A stretch of 8,031 nucleotides of DNA, taken from the NCBI GenBank assembly GCA_903916665.1, contig CAIWXP010000135.1, positions 1 to 8,031 on the forward strand, given 5' to 3'. A model generated the notes under the pieces. It was not told where the DNA came from. It was given only the letters and a program-made list of their open reading frames with translations, and did no database searches. Position 1 is the first letter of the stretch. Each line of letters starts with the position of its first letter. The position numbers and the translations under genes are program-made. This document shows, piece after piece, positions 1-5,768 of this stretch. Source of the DNA: Candidatus Iainarchaeum sp. (GTDB lineage Archaea > Iainarchaeota > Iainarchaeia > Iainarchaeales > 0-14-0-20-30-16).

Positions 1-47
1 ATAGATTTACTATTATAATTCTATTAAATTGTATTTATTGTGATAAT

Positions 48-659
48 ATGACAAAAGAGCGAGTAGTTGAAAATATAGCCCTATTTGATATGGATGGTAC
101 TCTTTGTGACTATGATAAAGCCATAAAAATAGACTATGATAAATTAAAATCACCTGGTGATCCAGAATATGCTTCTTTTAGTAATGAAATTGATAGTAAA
201 GATTATTTAAAAGATAGAATAAGAGTAGTTAGGTGTATTCCTGGTTGGTGGGCAAATTTAGAAAAATATATGCCTGGTTTTGATATTCTAAATTTGGCAA
301 AAGAATTAGGTTTTTCAATTCATATTTTAACAAAAGGTCCGAGGAGTTCAACAAATTCTTGGGCTGAGAAAGTTGAATGGTGTAAAAAAAATCTAAAAGA
401 ATATGATGTTAATATAACTATTTCAGAAGACAAAGGATTAGTTTATGGAAAAGTATTAATTGATGACTACCCAGAATATGCTGAACGATGGTTGCAAAAT
501 AGACCTCATGGTTTAGTAATAATGCCATTGCATCCTTGGAATAAAGATTTTACACAGGATAATGTAATTCACTATGATGGTACAAATTTAGAACAAATAA
601 AAGAAGCATTAATGAAAGCAAGAGATAGGCAGAATAATGAATTTGTGAAATTTAATTAA
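48..659 (+). CDS. HAD-superfamily phosphatase, 5'(3')-deoxyribonucleotidase (NT5C)-like
   Basis: 203-aa ORF. N-terminal HAD motif I FDMDGTL (DxDxT), a later LTKGP segment, and an acidic LIDDYPEY motif laid out as in the NT5C family. GTGAT SD-like box at 40-44, 3 nt before the ATG. Confidence 0.7.
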   Translation: MTKERVVENIALFDMDGTLCDYDKAIKIDYDKLKSPGDPEYASFSNEIDSKDYLKDRIRVVRCIPGWWANLEKYMPGFDILNLAKELGFSIHILTKGPRSSTNSWAEKVEWCKKNLKEYDVNITISEDKGLVYGKVLIDDYPEYAERWLQNRPHGLVIMPLHPWNKDFTQDNVIHYDGTNLEQIKEALMKARDRQNNEFVKFN

Positions 660-677
660 ATTAATAATGTGATTTTT

Positions 678-2306
678 ATGTTAACAAATAATGCAAAAAA
701 AACCATTGAGAATATAACAATAAAATATAGATATAATTTCAAACAAGAACAGGATGCAAAGAAAATATTTTCTGTTGCAATGGGTTCAGAAATAAAAAAT
801 GAAATTGTTAAAGATATTAAAACTAGTCAAAACGAAATTGAAAAGATTGTTAAAGATGTAAATTCTTGGTCTCAAAACAAAATAGAACAAGAATTTGATT
901 CAAGAGATTTATTTGAAGAAAAAGAAAAGAAAAAGAAAACTTTAGTATTTCCTAAAATGGAAAATATAGTAGAAGGAAAAGTTGTTACTACCTATCCTCC
1001 AGAACCTTCAAAATATCCTCACATAGGTCACGCCTATGCCTGCATTATAAATTATAGATTTGCTAAAGAACACAGTGGTAAATTTTATATTAGATTTGAA
1101 GATACAAATCCTAGTTTAGCAAAAAAAGAATATTATCCTGCGCAATTAGAAGGTTATAATTGGCTAGGAATAAAAGAAGATGGAATTATTTATGCTTCAG
1201 ATTATATGGATTTATTATACAAAAAAGCAGAAGAATTAATTAATTTAAATAAAGCCTATGTTTGTACTTGTAATTCAGAAAAGGTTAGAGATTTAAGACA
1301 AAAGAAAGAACCTTGTGAATGTAGTAAATTATCAAAAGCAGAAAATTTAATTCTTTGGAAAAAACTTTTAACCAAAGGTTTTAAAGAAGGTGAAGCTTGT
1401 TTAAGATTAGTTGGAGATATGAAAAGTGTAAGGGGAGAAATGAGAGATCCTGTTTTATTACGTATAAGTTATATTGAACATGCAAGAGTTGGGAATAAAT
1501 ATAATTTGTGGCCAACCTATTTATTTCAAAATACTATTTTAGATTGTGAGTTAGGAGTAACTCATAGATTTAGAAGTAAAGAATTTGAAGTATGGCATCC
1601 AGTACAACAATATTTAGCAGATATTTTTAAGTATCATTATCCAGATATTTTTGAATTTGCAAGAGTAAATTTAGTAAATGGATTAGCATCAGGTAGAAAA
1701 TTAAGAGAATCTGTTGAACAGGGTAATATGTCCTGGGATGATCCTAGTTTAACTACTTTGATTGCATTAAAACGTAGAGGTTTTTTACCCGAGTCCATTT
1801 TAGAATTTGTGGATAAAATGGGGATATCAAAAACAGAAAGTACAGTTGAATGGACAGTTTTAGATTCAATGAACAGAAAGTTTTTAGCAACAAAGGATAT
1901 TAAAAAATTAGCATCATTTACAAATCCTTTAAAAGTTAAAATTGTTGATGCTAAAAAAGTTTTAGAACAACCATTAACTGAAATTTATATTGAAAAGAAT
2001 ACGGAATTAAATAAAGAATTTAGATTTAGACATTTAGGTAATTTAGTTTTTGATGGTAAAGTTTTAAATGCTGTTGGAAATGAACAAAAGAAAGGATTAT
2101 CAATGTTGCATTTTGCAAAAAATATATTAGAAGTGAAAGTAATTATGCCATTCGCATTAGACGACCCAGAAAGAGAAAAAGTTTTATTTGTTGATTCTGA
2201 TTTATATGCAACATTGAAAACAGATGAAATTGTTATTTTAGAGGGCTTTGCCTATTGTAGATTAGATAATAAAGAAAAAAAGATATTTATTTTTGGACAC
2301 GAATAA
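678..2306 (+). CDS. gltX: Glutamyl-tRNA synthetase, archaeal/eukaryotic GlxRS type
   Basis: Class I HIGH motif PHIGHAYA (HIGH at 1020-1031), then RFEDTNP and the GlxRS-specific WDDPSLTTLIALKRRGFLPE block. About 115 aa precede HIGH, as in archaeal GluRS and unlike bacterial GlnRS. CxC...CxC cluster at 1263-1322. The track starts at GTG 669, but that GTG is part of a TGTGAT SD box (669-673) 4 nt before in-frame ATG 678, so I start at 678. Confidence 0.9.
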   Translation: MLTNNAKKTIENITIKYRYNFKQEQDAKKIFSVAMGSEIKNEIVKDIKTSQNEIEKIVKDVNSWSQNKIEQEFDSRDLFEEKEKKKKTLVFPKMENIVEGKVVTTYPPEPSKYPHIGHAYACIINYRFAKEHSGKFYIRFEDTNPSLAKKEYYPAQLEGYNWLGIKEDGIIYASDYMDLLYKKAEELINLNKAYVCTCNSEKVRDLRQKKEPCECSKLSKAENLILWKKLLTKGFKEGEACLRLVGDMKSVRGEMRDPVLLRISYIEHARVGNKYNLWPTYLFQNTILDCELGVTHRFRSKEFEVWHPVQQYLADIFKYHYPDIFEFARVNLVNGLASGRKLRESVEQGNMSWDDPSLTTLIALKRRGFLPESILEFVDKMGISKTESTVEWTVLDSMNRKFLATKDIKKLASFTNPLKVKIVDAKKVLEQPLTEIYIEKNTELNKEFRFRHLGNLVFDGKVLNAVGNEQKKGLSMLHFAKNILEVKVIMPFALDDPEREKVLFVDSDLYATLKTDEIVILEGFAYCRLDNKEKKIFIFGHE

Positions 2307-2323
2307 AAAGTTTTAATTTAAAA

Positions 2324-2337
2324 GGTGATTTGATGCA
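2324..2337 (+). repeat. Copy 1 of a perfect 14-bp direct repeat GGTGATTTGATGCA (SD box + ATG)
   Basis: Read directly from the sequence. An identical 14-mer recurs at 2398-2411, 74 bp downstream. Confidence 0.95.
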
Positions 2338-2407
2338 CAGTTATAAATTTTATTTTGCAAATAAAAGTTTAAAACAGATACGTCAAACACCTATATTGGT
2401 GATTTGA
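2333..2407 (+). CDS. Candidate upstream ORF / leader peptide (24 codons, MHSYKFYFANKSLKQIRQTPILVI)
   Basis: ATG 2333 has the same GGTGAT-N3-ATG context as the lyase start. The frame stays open for 24 codons to TGA 2405-2407, which overlaps the lyase ATG 2407 (TGATG). Not in the ORF track because it is too short. There is no evidence that it is translated. Confidence 0.3.
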   Translation: MHSYKFYFANKSLKQIRQTPILVI

Positions 2408-2411
2408 TGCA
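2398..2411 (+). repeat. Copy 2 of the 14-bp direct repeat GGTGATTTGATGCA (genuine initiation region of the lyase)
   Basis: Identical to 2324-2337. Contains SD GGTGAT (2398-2403) and ATG 2407. Confidence 0.95.
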
Positions 2412-3870
2412 GATTAATACAAATGATTTTAATTATGTACCTAGTTTTAAAACAAAAATGACAGAACCAATTCATTCTGGAAATTTAGCTGCTAAAAAAA
2501 GATTAGAATTATTAGATGACGCAAATTATAATTTGTTTAAAATAGATTCAAATGATGTAACAATAGATTTTTTAACAGATTCTGGAACTGGTGCAATGAG
2601 TCAAGAACAATGGAGTGCTATGTTTTTAGGAGATGAAGCCTATGCTGGCGCATCTAGTTTTAAAAAATTTGAGAAATCATTCCAAGATATTATGGGTATG
2701 AAATATATTTTGCCGGTTCATCAAGGTAGAGCATCAGAAAGAACATTATTCTTTGGTTTGCAAAAATTAGGTGTATTAAAACAAGATTCAATAATTGCAT
2801 CAAATGCATTTTTTGATACTACATTAGGTTGGGCGAGTCAATTTGCAAGATGTGAAAACTTATATTGTGATGATTTTGATTTGGGAAATGCAACAAAAAA
2901 AGATTTTAAAGGAGATTTACAATTAAGTAGATTGGAAAAATTAGTAAATCAAAATCCTAACAAAGTTAATTTAGTTTTATTAACATTAACTAATAATACT
3001 GGTGGTGGACAACCAGTCAGTATGAAAAACATAAAAGAATTATCTAATTATTGTAAAATTAAAAATATATTATTTTTTATGGATGCTTGCAGATTTGCAG
3101 AAAATGCATATTTTATTAAAGTTAGAGAACTAGAGTATAAAAATAAAACAATAAAAGAAATAGTGAAAGAAATGTTTTCTTATTTTGATGGGGCAACATT
3201 TAGTGCAAAGAAAGATGCGAAAGTAAATATTGGTGGGTCAGTATTATTTTCTAAAGATCATGAAGATATATTTTTAGCTTGTAGACCATTTGTGATTCAA
3301 AATGAAGGTTTATTTACCTATGGTGGCATGGCAGGAAGAGATATGGAAGCTGTTGCTCAAGGAATAAATGAAACCACTGAGTTTTCTTATTTGCAAAACA
3401 GAATTGGGCAAATAGAATTTTTACATAAAGCATTATTTACTATTGGTATACCTTTAATTCATCCCTGTGGTGGACATGCAGTTTATATTGATGCAAAAGA
3501 GTATCTATCACAAATACCAGAAACAGAATTTAGAGCAGATATGCTAGTTGCTTTAATCTACGCAATTGGTGGAATTAGATGTGTAAGTATTGGAAATGTA
3601 ATGTATGCAGAAAAAGATTCAAAAGGAAATATTTTGAAACCAGCTAAAAATGATTTTGTAAGATTAGCAGTCCCAAGAAATGTGTATTCTTTGGAACATA
3701 TATTTTATGTTATTAATGTTTTTGAAAAATTACATAAAGTTCATAGTCTATTAAAAAGAGGATTAAAAATAGGTCCTGGATTTAGAAATGATCATTTTGA
3801 TCATTTTGATTGTAATTTTGAATTATTGGATACGAAAAATTTTGAAACTAGCGTCTTACGTGGTAAATAA
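2407..3870 (+). CDS. tnaA: Beta-eliminating PLP lyase of the tryptophanase / tyrosine phenol-lyase family (tryptophanase-like)
   Basis: FLTDSGTGAMSQEQWSAMFLGDEAYAG, HQGRASE, GGQPVSMKN, DACRFAENAYFIKVRELEYKNKTIKEIVKEMFSY, the PLP-lysine motif SAKKDAKVNIGG (3202-3216), YGGMAGRDMEA and GGHAVYIDA all align with my recollection of E. coli TnaA and Citrobacter TPL. FFDTT and a C-terminal His-Phe (not Phe-Phe) lean towards tryptophanase. Track start TTG 2404 is replaced by the adjacent ATG 2407. Confidence 0.9.
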   Translation: MQINTNDFNYVPSFKTKMTEPIHSGNLAAKKRLELLDDANYNLFKIDSNDVTIDFLTDSGTGAMSQEQWSAMFLGDEAYAGASSFKKFEKSFQDIMGMKYILPVHQGRASERTLFFGLQKLGVLKQDSIIASNAFFDTTLGWASQFARCENLYCDDFDLGNATKKDFKGDLQLSRLEKLVNQNPNKVNLVLLTLTNNTGGGQPVSMKNIKELSNYCKIKNILFFMDACRFAENAYFIKVRELEYKNKTIKEIVKEMFSYFDGATFSAKKDAKVNIGGSVLFSKDHEDIFLACRPFVIQNEGLFTYGGMAGRDMEAVAQGINETTEFSYLQNRIGQIEFLHKALFTIGIPLIHPCGGHAVYIDAKEYLSQIPETEFRADMLVALIYAIGGIRCVSIGNVMYAEKDSKGNILKPAKNDFVRLAVPRNVYSLEHIFYVINVFEKLHKVHSLLKRGLKIGPGFRNDHFDHFDCNFELLDTKNFETSVLRGK

Positions 3871-4181
3871 TGGTTGAATTTAAACGTCCAGTTAAAGCAT
3901 TTTTAACCACTCAAGAAAAGAGAACTGCGGAAGTATATTTTCATCATAGAGATTTAAAAAAAGAATATTCCTTATTATCTGAAGATATATTCCAACAACT
4001 TTTAATTATTCATATGAATGCTGAGTTAGAACCTGTTGAAAGGTTATCGAGAATGGCGCAAATATTTCAACAATTAATTGATTCAAATATTTCTCAAGCT
4101 GAACGAATAAGATATACTACCTATTATAGTAGATTATTAAGTGCAAGACAAACTATTTTAGAAAGACAAAAGTTAGACTAG
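3870..4181 (+). CDS. Hypothetical small protein (103 aa, probably all-helical), translationally coupled to the lyase
   Basis: ATG 3870 overlaps the lyase stop TAA 3868-3870 (TAATG). A 103-codon open frame is unlikely by chance in AT-rich DNA, where stop triplets are frequent. First codon positions are purine-rich, consistent with coding sequence. I recognise no domain. Confidence 0.6.
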   Translation: MVEFKRPVKAFLTTQEKRTAEVYFHHRDLKKEYSLLSEDIFQQLLIIHMNAELEPVERLSRMAQIFQQLIDSNISQAERIRYTTYYSRLLSARQTILERQKLD

Positions 4182-4674
4182 TTCCTATAATTGAAGTAAC
4201 TAATTGTATTATACTCATAGGAATTAGAAACATCGAAGGAATTATTCCTATAAAGTATAGTATTAAAGTAAATCCAAATATTATTCCTGTCTTTACAATG
4301 CTTGCAATTGTTGTTGTAAACATTTTATTGTTTGTATATCTTTTAATAAATAAGAATAAAATATAATTTCCTAGCCATATGCTAGGAATTAGATAAAGTA
4401 AGAAAAAAGAAAATTGACCAAATACAATTCCTGAAACCAATGTTCCTATTGAAGGTAATAATATTATTGGTAGGCTTTTCCAAGTATTAAATCTTAAAGC
4501 AGAGTACGCTAATATAGCATTAACAATAGTTCCAATTAATAATTGATTTGGGAATAAAGTAATTTGTGAGAACAATATTGGAACTAGGAAAGCAAAAAGA
4601 CTTAATAAAGTAATTCTAAATAGATCTGTTTTGAATAAATTACTATAATTAGAAGTATATTCCATGACAAACAT
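4153..4674 (-). CDS. Small integral membrane protein, about six TM helices (size and topology resemble ECF S-component / small solute carriers; family not identified)
   Basis: 173 aa with six hydrophobic stretches of about 20 aa separated by short polar loops (for example LLSLFAFLVPILF, LLIGTIVNAILAYSAL, SLPIILLPSIGTLVSGIVFG). Starts 11 nt after the stop of orf349. ATG 4665 is an alternative start. No SD box seen. Confidence 0.6.
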   Translation of the reverse strand: MFVMEYTSNYSNLFKTDLFRITLLSLFAFLVPILFSQITLFPNQLLIGTIVNAILAYSALRFNTWKSLPIILLPSIGTLVSGIVFGQFSFFLLYLIPSIWLGNYILFLFIKRYTNNKMFTTTIASIVKTGIIFGFTLILYFIGIIPSMFLIPMSIIQLVTSIIGTSLTFVFLK

Positions 4675-4685
4675 AGGTTTTTCTT

Positions 4686-5735
4686 TTATTTAAATCTTTT
4701 GTTTAATAGTTCTAGTTCTTCAAACAGCTTTTCGGGATTTGTATAATGTTGTTCAAGTAATTTTTTAAGATTAACAACGTTTATTTTTGTTATGTTAATA
4801 AGATTATACAATCGTGTTCGATATTCTGGAATATAATGATCATAAATGTATTCTCTTATTTCTTCATTTATATTATAACTGGTAAAAAGTAAAGATAATT
4901 GTCTAACTTCTGGTTGTGATAGATCTTTTGTGGCTTGATTACCTGGGTTTCTGGTAGTTTTACCTATTGCAGATAATTGTCTTTTGTACTCAAAATTTAT
5001 TTCATCTAATGTTCTTTTAGATATTACGTTACTTCCATCTAAATAATCATATATCACTTTCAAAAATAATTCTTTTTGAGATCCAGTCATACTGTCCAAT
5101 TGTGTTTTTGTACTTTTAAAATTAAAAAATATTGGTTCTTCAGTTTCGGGGTCTTTTATTTTTTCAATTTCTTTAAAAAACATTTTTATTGATTCATTAA
5201 CATCGGAGGTTTTTTTCATTTCTTGTTTTATTGTTTGTTTTAATCTAAATATTCTTTTTACATGGTCCCATAGTTTTATTATAGATTCTCTTTTGGCGTT
5301 GTTTACAACAAAAAAAGATAGAATATTTCTTAATGTTTTTAAATTATCAAAATTAGTTTCATTTGAAAATATTTTTTCAAGTGCATCTTTATTGAATTCA
5401 CATAATTCTAATATATTTATTTTAGTCATTGATTCTTTATCAGGTAAATAAACATAAACATTAAATATTTCTGGGTTAAGTTGATAGTTTTCAATAAATG
5501 ATTTAATTTGTTCTAAAGCTCTTGAAAAATAGGTAATTCTTGCTTGCCCTTTTGTCATTCGATCTCGTGAAAATTCATATAATTTGACAGTTTTAACTTT
5601 TTCATCTAATTTGTCTACTGCTGATGTAATGTCTTCTTTTTTTGCTTCTAGACTAGGTTTTCCTAAGGGTACTCTACTAGTTATTGATTTAAGCCTGCTT
5701 GTAACTCTAGATCTTTGCCTTGCTGTTTCTGCCAT
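4686..5735 (-). CDS. Hypothetical protein, 349 aa, no recognisable family
   Basis: Long open frame in AT-rich DNA. Basic Ser/Thr/Arg-rich N-terminus (MAETARQRSRVTSRLKSITSRV), with the remainder rich in Lys/Glu/Asn/Ile and probably helical. TATATATA box at -22 to -29 from the ATG and no SD, suggesting a leaderless mRNA. Confidence 0.65.
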   Translation of the reverse strand: MAETARQRSRVTSRLKSITSRVPLGKPSLEAKKEDITSAVDKLDEKVKTVKLYEFSRDRMTKGQARITYFSRALEQIKSFIENYQLNPEIFNVYVYLPDKESMTKINILELCEFNKDALEKIFSNETNFDNLKTLRNILSFFVVNNAKRESIIKLWDHVKRIFRLKQTIKQEMKKTSDVNESIKMFFKEIEKIKDPETEEPIFFNFKSTKTQLDSMTGSQKELFLKVIYDYLDGSNVISKRTLDEINFEYKRQLSAIGKTTRNPGNQATKDLSQPEVRQLSLLFTSYNINEEIREYIYDHYIPEYRTRLYNLINITKINVVNLKKLLEQHYTNPEKLFEELELLNKRFK

Positions 5736-5756
5736 ATATTAATTTGAATCTAAAAG

Positions 5757-5764
5757 TATATATA
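5757..5764 (-). promoter_or_regulatory. TATA-box-like element for orf349 (leaderless transcript predicted)
   Basis: TATATATA centred about 25 nt upstream of ATG 5735, in the 33-nt gap after the binding-protein stop. Archaeal TATA boxes sit about 25-27 nt upstream of the transcription start. Confidence 0.4.
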
Positions 5765-5768
5765 GTTA

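Noticed and set aside
669-677. GTG 669 as the GluRS start, and similarly TTG 2404 and TTG 6950 as track starts
   Set aside because: Each has an in-frame ATG shortly downstream (678, 2407, 6887) preceded at 3-4 nt by (G)GTGAT. GTG 669 is itself part of that SD box. The 21 extra residues from TTG 6950 would precede the obvious signal-anchor helix.
915-939. 25-nt homopurine tract GAAGAAAAAGAAAAGAAAAAGAAAA
   Set aside because: It encodes the Glu/Lys-rich linker EEKEKKKK between the N-terminal domain and the catalytic core of GluRS. This is ordinary low-complexity coding sequence in an AT-rich genome.
2324-2411. The 14-bp direct repeats as a target-site duplication flanking a 60-bp miniature mobile element
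   Set aside because: The internal 60 bp (2338-2397) has no terminal inverted repeats (CAGTTATAAATTTT at one end, the complement of AATATAGGTGTTTG at the other). A 14-bp duplication would also be unusually long for a target-site duplication. A local duplication of the initiation region is the simpler reading.
4368-4388. Perfect 8-bp stem, 5-nt loop hairpin TTCCTAGC-CATAT-GCTAGGAA, plus recurring TTCCTAT/ATAGGAA/AGGAATTATTCCT motifs at 4182-4253
   Set aside because: All lie inside the membrane-protein CDS. They are explained by repeated Ile/Leu-Pro (ATT CCT) and Gly (GGA) codons in peptides such as LIPSIWLG and IGIIPS. No T-tract or intergenic context supports a terminator or ncRNA.
4953-4970. 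AIGKTT in orf349 as a possible Walker A / P-loop
   Set aside because: It does not fit [AG]xxxxGK[ST]: the residue five positions before the Gly is Gln, and there is no glycine-rich loop. I saw no Walker B-like hhhhD(E) partner.
5637-5735. Arg-rich N-terminus of orf349 as a Tat or Sec signal peptide
   Set aside because: There is no twin-arginine consensus (S/T-R-R-x-F-L-K) and no following hydrophobic h-region. The segment is polar and basic throughout, which looks more like a disordered or nucleic-acid-binding tail.
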